Virus record (IMG/VR): IMGVR_UViG_3300043803_000118
Location: 6,480-70,479 of that record
Origin: a virus
Lineage: Duplodnaviria > Caudoviricetes
Reading direction: 5' to 3' (one strand)
DNA: 64,000 bases
Made by a program: the position numbers and the translations under genes. The notes under the pieces were generated by a model. The model had not been told where the DNA came from. It searched no databases and was given only the letters and a program-made list of their open reading frames with translations. This document shows, in pieces, positions 9,717-17,375 of the stretch; the first letter of the stretch is position 1, and the number at the start of each line of letters is the position of its first letter.

Positions 9717-9723
9717 TATTTAG
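9717..9723 (-). promoter_or_regulatory. Late promoter core CTAAATA upstream of portal
   Basis: 7 nt before the ATG at 9709; no SD visible. Confidence 0.5.
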
Positions 9724-9725
9724 TG

Positions 9726-12700
9726 TTAGGCTTGACTATACTTCAATAACTTGTCTTGTGTACTATTACTTGTTTCAAGCCTATTGATTACTGAATCTAA
9801 TTTATTAGACATCATTTCCATCATTGATTGATTGATAGCGACTAACTCCTTGAACGCTTCTGGATCTTTACTACCCATTGCGGCTGCTTTGTCTTGCATT
9901 TGTGCCTGTATTTCTGTATTAGTTTTCTTACCTAATTCTGCTAAGAAACTGTTAGGATCTAGTGGCACGATCATTTCATTACCGTGCAATGTTGCTGGAT
10001 ATCCAGTTTCTGGACCCATTGCTAATCCACCTGCATCCGCGCTAACTTTTGTAGGTATTTTACCTGATCGCAATGCTTCTGCAAGAGTCTTTCCTTCAGT
10101 AGCCTGTTTATGACTTGATGTTTCGCCGTGACCAAATACCATAGACGCGCCAAATTTAGACATCAAACTTTTACCTAAATCAAATCCTGATTTTAATTGT
10201 GCGGTGCTTACATCAGAATCGTCTTTTGCTACTAAAGAAATACTTACAGAGTTGCTATTAGTAAGTCCAGGTTGCTTGTCTGTTTTTCCTGCGTGCCATG
10301 CTTTTTGATCTCCAGGGACAAATTCTGTGATAGAGCCGTCTTGATCAACCATGTAATGGTAACCTAGACCTCTAGCCTTAAGTGTCGATATAGCACTTTG
10401 CAATCCTCTACCACCTGTATGGTGAACTATGATACCATCTGTCTTTTTTCTAGGTCCTTTTGCTGCGTCTCCTGCATCAGCCGCTCCCATTTTTAATGGG
10501 CCTGCAGGACCGCCACCTCCACCACCTACTTTTCCTTCAGCGTCATCAGATGGTACTTTCTCAGAATCTTTTGATCCGCCACCTAATAATTTAGAAGCCC
10601 ATCCAGAAGCCCAATCCATCACTCCACCACCGGATGGCGTTGAAGGAACACTTACTCCGCCACCGCCACCGCCAACAGCCGCGGCTGGTTTACTACCGCT
10701 TCCTCCCCCGCCACCACCTGTTCCGCCTCCGGTAGTAGCACCTGGCTTAACCGGTTTAGCCTGCGGTGCTGCTGTTCCTCCGCCTGCCGTACCACTCATT
10801 GCTGAACTATAGGCAGCAAATGCTTGTCCTAATTTTAACGCTCTATCTGGATCAACATCAAGTTTAGTAAACTTGACGAATTTACCCATGACATCATCAC
10901 CACCAAACATTTTGACGATGCCACCAACGATGTTATCTGCGGCATTCGCGAGTTCTCCGCCGCCTTTAAATTCTGCTAATGCTTGACTAAAATATACGAA
11001 TGCTTGTGCGTTAGTTTTGACACGTTTAGCACCATCTGACCCTAGATCGATCTTAGCAAATTTTTCCATCTTATTATAAGGTGCGTCAATTTGGAAGAAT
11101 GATGCTACTCCCTCACTTAACGTACCCCACATGCCTTGATCAGTACCTTTATATTTCGACATCGCATCGCCAAACGATGCCATTGCTTCTGCGTTATTTT
11201 TTACATTTGCAGAATTGATCTTGAGTTCACCAAACTCTTGTAGTTTCTTGAACGGGCCTTCTATTCCTAATCTACTTGAGATTTTATCTGTGAATCCACC
11301 TATCAAGTTGCCCATGCCGCCCACTGCTGATGCTCCACCGCCTACAGCAAATGCTTTATTGAATGCCATGAATGCTTCAGCATTCTTCTTGACTCTATCG
11401 CCGTCTATCTTGAGTTTATCGAACTCTTCAAGTTTCTTCATAGGACCATCTACGCCTAAGAAATTACCTAACTTATCACTTAGACCTCCTATGATTCCAC
11501 CGATGCCTGCGGCCGCACCACCTGCACCGAATACAGCAAGACCACCACCTATAGCAGCGATACCTTTGCCTGAATCAACTAACTTACTGCCGTCTAACTT
11601 CTCAAATGGTTGCAAGCCTTCTGCTAATGAAGGTAGTGCTTTGCCCATGATCCATGTAGCACCTGCAAGACCTGCGCCTACTGCGGCTATCGCTACACCG
11701 AATCCTGCCGCACCTGCAAGAACCATTGGGTTCGCAAATGCTTTAAGACCTTTTGCCGCGCCTTCTAATATGTTACCACCACCTGCACCTAATGCTCCGG
11801 CTGCTTTACCTGCATTTCCGGCGGCGCCGGCTGATGCCGGAGACACATTAGGTATGCCAGATGCACCGCCGGGCACTACACCACCTGTGCCAGGCAACCC
11901 TCCACCTGCACCACCACCGAACGGCATTATTCCTTTGATCTTGTCCATGACGCCACCAGCGGACGCTTTCTTGGCGGCTAGGACTAGCATACCTAATGCT
12001 CCTGCGGCTGCAAGAGCCGCAGTTGCCATTATTGGGAGTTTCATCGCTACGTCTTCTACTGCACCTGATGCTTTTATAGTTGCTTCTTGAATTTTAGCCT
12101 GAGCGTCTGCTGGTGCATCTTGACCTGGTTGTTGTGCTTTTTTACGTCCAGCTCGAATATCTATTAAATCTTGCTCTAAATTTTGATTCATTCTTTGAGA
12201 ACGTTTCTTGTTGTCTTCTACGTTATTAAAGTCAAAATCTTTTCTTGCTTGTTCCGAAACAAGCAATGCTCTTTCGCTTGATCTTAATCTGTTCTTTTGC
12301 TCTGCATAGTAATCTTGTTCTACTTTTGCTGTTGCAAGTTGAGCATCTTTTCCTTCTTTCAATGAGTTAGCAAACTCAGCCATTGGACCTTGCATATTGT
12401 TACGTGCAAGTTTTCTTGATTCTTCACCAGATATAGTTCCAGTGATAAGCATTTCTTTAGCACCTTTTCTTAGTGCTTCGGGTGCATCGGCTAATGCATC
12501 TAATGCTTTTTCGCGTTGCTCCATTTCTCTTCTAACGGCTGCGGCTTCATCTAGACGACCTGCTTTAGTTAGATCATCAATCTTAATTTGATCCGCCATC
12601 AGTTTTACTTGGCGTTGAGCATCTAGTGCATTTTCTTTTTGTTTTTCTTTAAGTGAAGCAACATCTTTACCAGTCAATGACGCAAGATCCATCAAACTAG

Positions 12701-13550
12701 TTTGATAATCTATGCTTGCTCTTCTTAATTTTTCTCTATCTTGTAATTCACCTTTAATTGAACGTCCCGATGCCGCTTGTAATGCAAGATAATCTGCGGT
12801 ACCCTGCATCATCTCTTCTTGGGATATGCCAAGACGCATCATCTCTGCACGTTCTTCTGATGTAGCCTTGACTAACTGTGCGAATTCTTTTTGTGCGGCG
12901 CCGGCATTATTACCAAGAATCATTATATCAGAGCCCAAACCCTTCATAGGTTTGATCATGCGACCTAATGTCTCGGCATTTAGGTCCGCATCACGGGCCA
13001 TCTTTCTCAATGATTCAGTAGTATGGGCTCCTGCGGCGCCCATCTTGTTTAATTCATTTTTGCCGTCTAAGTAACTCTGTGTTATTTTTAGTTGTGCTTC
13101 AAGTAATACCGTAAGACCTTTAGTCAAACCACCTATGAGTAGCGCCCAACCACCTAATGCCTTACCTACACTTAGTGCGGCATCACCGACAGAACTGATG
13201 GCTCCGCCGAATTTAGTTATATTAATAGACTGATCTAGTAATGCGCCGCCGAATGATCCTAACGCTTGTTTTGCTTTGTCAGACGCATCTTTGAGATGCA
13301 TCTCGCTTTCACGTAGTTTTTTCTGTGCTTCAAGTCTGGCTAATTCGGCTTCAGTCAATCCCCTCGCACTTCTAGTCAGTCCGTCAATCGCTTGACCTGC
13401 CGTTTGACCTGCGGCACCTTGCGCTTTAACGCTGCCTGTAGTCTTTATACTGACTTGTCCAAAATCAGCCAAATTGGTCGATAGGGAGTTTAGCGTCCTA
13501 TTTAAACGGTCTATGGAATCATTCAGTTCGTCTATGTTGATATCAGCCAT
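9726..13550 (-). CDS. Tape-measure-like protein with a C-terminal N-acetylmuramoyl-L-alanine amidase (Amidase_2-like) domain
   Basis: Long Ala/Gly-rich helical protein with hydrophobic stretches; IIVHHTGG..GYHYMVDQDG..AWHAG..NSNSVSI..GH motifs; terminal GG...GP.TGYPATLHG.E.IVPL motif. Confidence 0.75.
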   Translation of the reverse strand: MADINIDELNDSIDRLNRTLNSLSTNLADFGQVSIKTTGSVKAQGAAGQTAGQAIDGLTRSARGLTEAELARLEAQKKLRESEMHLKDASDKAKQALGSFGGALLDQSINITKFGGAISSVGDAALSVGKALGGWALLIGGLTKGLTVLLEAQLKITQSYLDGKNELNKMGAAGAHTTESLRKMARDADLNAETLGRMIKPMKGLGSDIMILGNNAGAAQKEFAQLVKATSEERAEMMRLGISQEEMMQGTADYLALQAASGRSIKGELQDREKLRRASIDYQTSLMDLASLTGKDVASLKEKQKENALDAQRQVKLMADQIKIDDLTKAGRLDEAAAVRREMEQREKALDALADAPEALRKGAKEMLITGTISGEESRKLARNNMQGPMAEFANSLKEGKDAQLATAKVEQDYYAEQKNRLRSSERALLVSEQARKDFDFNNVEDNKKRSQRMNQNLEQDLIDIRAGRKKAQQPGQDAPADAQAKIQEATIKASGAVEDVAMKLPIMATAALAAAGALGMLVLAAKKASAGGVMDKIKGIMPFGGGAGGGLPGTGGVVPGGASGIPNVSPASAGAAGNAGKAAGALGAGGGNILEGAAKGLKAFANPMVLAGAAGFGVAIAAVGAGLAGATWIMGKALPSLAEGLQPFEKLDGSKLVDSGKGIAAIGGGLAVFGAGGAAAGIGGIIGGLSDKLGNFLGVDGPMKKLEEFDKLKIDGDRVKKNAEAFMAFNKAFAVGGGASAVGGMGNLIGGFTDKISSRLGIEGPFKKLQEFGELKINSANVKNNAEAMASFGDAMSKYKGTDQGMWGTLSEGVASFFQIDAPYNKMEKFAKIDLGSDGAKRVKTNAQAFVYFSQALAEFKGGGELANAADNIVGGIVKMFGGDDVMGKFVKFTKLDVDPDRALKLGQAFAAYSSAMSGTAGGGTAAPQAKPVKPGATTGGGTGGGGGGSGSKPAAAVGGGGGGVSVPSTPSGGGVMDWASGWASKLLGGGSKDSEKVPSDDAEGKVGGGGGGPAGPLKMGAADAGDAAKGPRKKTDGIIVHHTGGRGLQSAISTLKARGLGYHYMVDQDGSITEFVPGDQKAWHAGKTDKQPGLTNSNSVSISLVAKDDSDVSTAQLKSGFDLGKSLMSKFGASMVFGHGETSSHKQATEGKTLAEALRSGKIPTKVSADAGGLAMGPETGYPATLHGNEMIVPLDPNSFLAELGKKTNTEIQAQMQDKAAAMGSKDPEAFKELVAINQSMMEMMSNKLDSVINRLETSNSTQDKLLKYSQA

Positions 13551-13584
13551 ATTGCTCTACTTTTTTCTGGGTGTTTTTTATACC

Positions 13585-13592
13585 TATAAATA
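13585..13592 (+). promoter_or_regulatory. Perfect T4 late promoter TATAAATA (drives the gp26-like gene)
   Basis: Exact consensus, followed by SD GAGGA and the ATG at 13644. Confidence 0.7.
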
Positions 13593-13599
13593 ACAATAC

Positions 13600-13607
13600 T
13601 ATTTATA
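13600..13607 (-). promoter_or_regulatory. Perfect T4 late promoter TATAAATA (drives the tape-measure gene)
   Basis: tatttata on the plus strand, facing the 13585 promoter. Confidence 0.7.
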
Positions 13608-13643
13608 ATTGGAAACATATCCAATATTTAACGAGGACAAAAC

Positions 13644-14468
13644 ATGGAAAACAACCCACTAAAGCAGTATTTTCGTAGACCAGCAGTACATTTCAGACTT
13701 CCCAGCGAGGGTAAAGGATACATGCTTGGTGTCATAGACATCCCTGAATCAGGGGAAGTTCCTGTCTATCCCATGACTGCGCTTGACGAAATTACTATCA
13801 GAACACCCGACGCATTGTTTAATGGTAGCGCGGTTGTAGAATTGATCAAGAGTTGCATACCTGCAATCAAAAATCCATGGCGATTAAACGCAAATGACTT
13901 AGATGCGGTATTGATCGCTATCAGAGCGGCAAGTGGTCAAGATCAGTTAGAGGTTTTAACAACATGTCCAAAATGCGAGACAGCATCAACTTATGGATTG
14001 AAACTAAATGCTATATTGGCTCAGTTGAAGCAAGGAGATTATGATACTCCTTTATTAGTGAATGACTTGAGTATCAAATTCAGACCATTGACATATAAAG
14101 AGATGAATGAAGCATCCGTTGAACAATTCAAGATACAACGTCTTTATGGAAACATTGACGACATCAAGGATGAAGAAGAAAAGAATAAAAAGACACAGGA
14201 CGCAATACGTGCTATCACAGAAATAACGATGAAAATCATTGCAAACACTGTTGAATATATCGAAACTCCTAATGCAAGAGTTGAAGAAAAACAATATGTC
14301 GATGATTTCTTGCACAACTGTGATGGTAGTGTCTACGTAGCGATTCGTGACCATAACGCAAAATTAAAGAACAGTACTGAATTAAAGCCATTAAATGTCA
14401 AGTGTATGAATTGCACTCATGAATATGAACAACCCTACACATTAAACGCCAGCGATTTTTTCGGCTAA
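13644..14468 (+). CDS. gp26: Baseplate hub / tail assembly chaperone, T4 gp26-like
   Basis: NPLKQYFRRP, LPSEG, PMTALDE, LIAIRAAS; CPKC and CMNC Zn pairs; ends DFFG. Confidence 0.75.
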   Translation: MENNPLKQYFRRPAVHFRLPSEGKGYMLGVIDIPESGEVPVYPMTALDEITIRTPDALFNGSAVVELIKSCIPAIKNPWRLNANDLDAVLIAIRAASGQDQLEVLTTCPKCETASTYGLKLNAILAQLKQGDYDTPLLVNDLSIKFRPLTYKEMNEASVEQFKIQRLYGNIDDIKDEEEKNKKTQDAIRAITEITMKIIANTVEYIETPNARVEEKQYVDDFLHNCDGSVYVAIRDHNAKLKNSTELKPLNVKCMNCTHEYEQPYTLNASDFFG

Positions 14469-14504
14469 GACTTCTTACCGCTGGCCCCGAAGCCGTAGAG
14501 AAGT
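14456..14504 (+). promoter_or_regulatory. Candidate programmed -1 frameshift signal: T_TTT_TTC, 7-nt spacer, stem-loop
   Basis: Heptamer 14456-14462 is in the correct phase; stem ACTTCT/AGAAGT, TAC/GTA, GGC/GCC at 14470-14504. Confidence 0.6.
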
Positions 14505-14692
14505 ATATTCAAGAATTGGACAAAGAAGTAGAGGGCATCCGTAAATCAGCACTAACCATGTCCTGGTACATGAGAGGTGGTGCTACTTACGAGGATGTTC
14601 TAAACATGTCTAATTCGGAAAGAAAAGCAATCAGTGAATTAATCGATGACCACATCGATGTAACTAAGAAAACTCAACTTCCGTTCTTCTAA
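14462..14692 (+). CDS. gp51-like ORF in the -1 frame, probably expressed as a frameshift extension of gp26
   Basis: Frame open 14429-14692: RLRLLTAGPEAVEKYIQELDKEVEGIRKSALTMSWYMRGGATYEDVLNMSNSERKAISELIDDHIDVTKKTQLPFF*. The W..RGG..Y....M...ER pattern resembles gp51/tail-chaperone C-terminal ORFs. Confidence 0.7.
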   Translation, partial: RLRLLTAGPEAVEKYIQELDKEVEGIRKSALTMSWYMRGGATYEDVLNMSNSERKAISELIDDHIDVTKKTQLPFF

Positions 14693-14702
14693 TCTGTTTG
14701 GA

Positions 14703-14760
14703 AGACAAACTTCGTTTGTCTAAGTCTTCGCTGTCGCTCAGACTTATATTTTCTTTTGTT
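14703..14760 (+). terminator. Tandem hairpins plus U-rich tract, likely terminator
   Basis: GACAAAC-TTC-GTTTGTC and TAAGTCT-N12-AGACTTA followed by TATTTTCTTTTGTT. Confidence 0.55.
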
Positions 14761-14764
14761 ATCG

Positions 14765-15115
14765 GATTATATTGCCGCCTTAGAGTCCATGGTAGTGCTA
14801 TTCAGCACTACCATTGGTAAAGACATTGCCATGCCCTATCACCCATGTCGTCTATTCCCCAACACACTAGCCTGTTTGCTGTATGTTGCTACCGGTTGCC
14901 CTGTAAAGTTTATGGGACTGTAGTGAGATACTGTTACATATCTCGGCAACGCATGTTCTATAATCGCAAGACAAAGTAGATTATAGACTCATTGAGGGTT
15001 CGCAAACCTGTCGATTGCCCTCTCGGTTTTCCGTAGATGTTATTCTACGCTTACTCCAGATCCGTCGGCACAGCACTACCTGTACTTCCTCAAGGAGGGT
15101 CGAGCACCTCGACCA
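14765..15115 (-). ncRNA. Candidate large structured non-coding RNA of unknown family
   Basis: No ORF of 60 aa or more; GC-richer than flanks; at least 7 stems including an 11-bp perfect hairpin (14789-14814); a G-U pair favours the minus strand. Confidence 0.5.
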
Positions 15116-15126
15116 AACTAATTGTA

Positions 15127-15699
15127 TTAAACGATGTTTTGTATTTTATCTATTGTGATGTTGTATGCTGATTTTGAGTCGGTCTCTGTTTTGCCTGAAC
15201 AATATGATTTAAGTAGGTCTTTGTTGAGTTTGAAAAAATGATCAAATTCGATTATGAGCCAATCTTTGTGTTTAGTAGACGAGTAATATAAAAAATTGTC
15301 AGTAACCCAAGTCACGCTAGTTTGTACTGCTACAAACTTGCCCTTCCTGTTAAACTTCATGAACAATATGTTTAAGTCATCGTTTTCAGCAACAGCCATC
15401 ATCTGATCAAGCCATGCATCTAATGTCTTACAGTCTCCTGCAAGAACTTGATGAAATGGAAAATCAGCGTAACTTTTGCACTCTGCGTTCATTTTACTGA
15501 AACTTTGTCCGGGCACGATGTCGCCTTTGAAACTGCGAATCTGCCCTTCGTGTAATATCTGAGTGCGCACTTGATTCTTACCTCCCACATATGCCCCAGA
15601 TCCGGGGGCGCGAATAAAACTCTCATTATAGAGTTTGCTAAGATGTATAGCGACTTCGCGCTCAAAACTGTTTCCTTTTTGTTTCTGTGGGTTAGGCAT
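15127..15699 (-). CDS. Holliday junction resolvase-like PD-(D/E)XK nuclease
   Basis: KQKGNSFEREVA..RAPGSGA..GDI..ECKSY. Start revised to MPNPQ (15699) because ATAAATC lies 5 nt upstream; the ORF track start is 15726. Confidence 0.8.
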   Translation of the reverse strand: MPNPQKQKGNSFEREVAIHLSKLYNESFIRAPGSGAYVGGKNQVRTQILHEGQIRSFKGDIVPGQSFSKMNAECKSYADFPFHQVLAGDCKTLDAWLDQMMAVAENDDLNILFMKFNRKGKFVAVQTSVTWVTDNFLYYSSTKHKDWLIIEFDHFFKLNKDLLKSYCSGKTETDSKSAYNITIDKIQNIV

Positions 15700-15733
15700 A
15701 TCTTGATTTATCTTGTTTTCACGCACTAAAAAA

Positions 15734-16855
15734 TTAATTAGTCAAATAACCTACGCTGTAACTCTCATTACTTACAGCACAGTTATTGCACTTCTCTTCA
15801 CATTCTACAAATGCTTTTTCTTTATCTTTAAAACTTCCGAACAACTTTTCCCACACATCATCGTTGATTATCTCTTCGAGGGTGCGTGTTTTTATATTCA
15901 TCAAGTGTTCATATTTTCTGAATAGACTTTCTTTACCTGCTATCACCTTATCAGTGATAGGACTTTGTCGTTGATAATACGGGGCGGCTACCCAACTACA
16001 AGGATATATCTGTCCATCAGCGTTTAAGTACAGACCTCGATTACCTATTAAACATAATGGCATGATATAATCGTCTTCATATTCTTTCTTTATCTCAAGC
16101 CACTTTTGTTTGTTTGTGTCTAGGTATTCTGTGTTATCTAATACTCTATTGCTTAATTTAATGGTACGTCTTTCATAGCGACCAGACTTGCTGATATATT
16201 CGCTTCTTGGTTCTAACGCATCGTAATTATCATCTGTGTTGTAAGTACCGAATCTACTACCGAACTTTATGCTTCTAGTCAATTGCAAACTATCGCAGCC
16301 GTATTTTTGTGCCATAGTACGTATCTGTTGTAGATGGTCTTGATTGAAACTGAATATGATACTGGCCCATGTCACATATGCTTTTTTATTTGTAGTGACA
16401 GTGGTGAGACCTTCTATGATACTGTCCCAATTGCTGTTTACTCTATATAGGTTGTTGCTAGCATCATCATATCCATCTATGCTAAATGCTATGGTGTCGC
16501 GTTCGTTAGATATTTCGCGCAACTCCTCCCACCATTCTTTCTTTCTATAACTACCATTGGTGATCGTGTAGATGTGTATGTTTGGATTCACTGTCTTCAC
16601 GTAACGTATGATATCGAGATAATCTTTACAATATATAGGATCACCTACGTCACCACACATAGTCAAACGTTTTACCTGCGTCAATAATAATTCTTCGCTA
16701 AAACATTTCTTGAAAAGTTCTAATGATATTTCTTTTTGCAGCCATGGGATATCCTTGCGCATCTCTGTGCGCGGACATCGCGGGCACCTAATAGGACATT
16801 TACTGCTAGGTTCTATATGCCAGTGGTAAAATTGAAATCCATATTTGTTAAGCAT
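15734..16855 (-). CDS. Radical SAM protein with C-terminal SPASM/twitch-like domain
   Basis: CPIRCPRC triad, CGDVGDP, ITNGS, FSIDG; C-terminal C..GLYLNADGQIYPC...CEEKC..C. Confidence 0.9.
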   Translation of the reverse strand: MLNKYGFQFYHWHIEPSSKCPIRCPRCPRTEMRKDIPWLQKEISLELFKKCFSEELLLTQVKRLTMCGDVGDPIYCKDYLDIIRYVKTVNPNIHIYTITNGSYRKKEWWEELREISNERDTIAFSIDGYDDASNNLYRVNSNWDSIIEGLTTVTTNKKAYVTWASIIFSFNQDHLQQIRTMAQKYGCDSLQLTRSIKFGSRFGTYNTDDNYDALEPRSEYISKSGRYERRTIKLSNRVLDNTEYLDTNKQKWLEIKKEYEDDYIMPLCLIGNRGLYLNADGQIYPCSWVAAPYYQRQSPITDKVIAGKESLFRKYEHLMNIKTRTLEEIINDDVWEKLFGSFKDKEKAFVECEEKCNNCAVSNESYSVGYLTN

Positions 16856-17375
16856 ATATCATTAATTCTTTTATAAACTTATTTTCTAATGCATACCGAA
16901 CGACTTTAGCGACCTCTAATGGGGCCATCTTCACACAGTCATGTTGTTTTATCATGTCTGTGTCAGTGGCACCTGGACTTATTAATACTAATCTGCAGGA
17001 CATAGGAAAACCAATCATTCTCCTAAACGAATCACGTAATGCACGTTTGTGATTACGATATGGCCAGTCTTGATTATCTAATTGTCGTTCTATTCTAGGA
17101 TAGTCAGTGACTATGCTTCCTATACTTATGATAACTTTATCTGTACCTTTCCATTGAATATTCATCGTCTTTAATATTTTTTCTTGTTCGAATTCATGAT
17201 ACGCATTATTGATGAACACATCACAATCTTTAGAAGCGTCTACTATTTTTTGCGTATCCTTGATGTCATATCCATTACTACGGCTCAGACCGATCACTTC
17301 ATACCCTTGATCTGAAAATACATCAGCAATCGCTTTACCTATGCCCTTAGTATGGCCTGTTATCGCTATCTTCAT
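16848..17375 (-). CDS. Short-chain dehydrogenase/reductase (minimal SDR)
   Basis: TGHTKGIG Rossmann motif, FINNA, catalytic S..YRNHK, ISPGATDT. Confidence 0.88.
   Translation of the reverse strand: MKIAITGHTKGIGKAIADVFSDQGYEVIGLSRSNGYDIKDTQKIVDASKDCDVFINNAYHEFEQEKILKTMNIQWKGTDKVIISIGSIVTDYPRIERQLDNQDWPYRNHKRALRDSFRRMIGFPMSCRLVLISPGATDTDMIKQHDCVKMAPLEVAKVVRYALENKFIKELMIYA

Noticed and set aside
14720-14900. Group I intron-like words on the minus strand (GGCAACCGGUAGC, GACUCU, AAUAUAAGUCUG)
   Set aside because: P7 pairing is only 4 bp, the supposed S element sits inside a local hairpin, and no interrupted exon flanks the region.
15070-15100. GAGGAAGUAC resembling the RNase P GAGGAAAGUCC motif; tmRNA and tRNA also considered
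   Set aside because: No matching 3' P4 strand, T-loop or CCA end found.
15700-15726. ORF-track start MRENKINQD for the resolvase
   Set aside because: The downstream ATG at 15699 fits the promoter-N5-ATG pattern and lies just before the KQKG motif.
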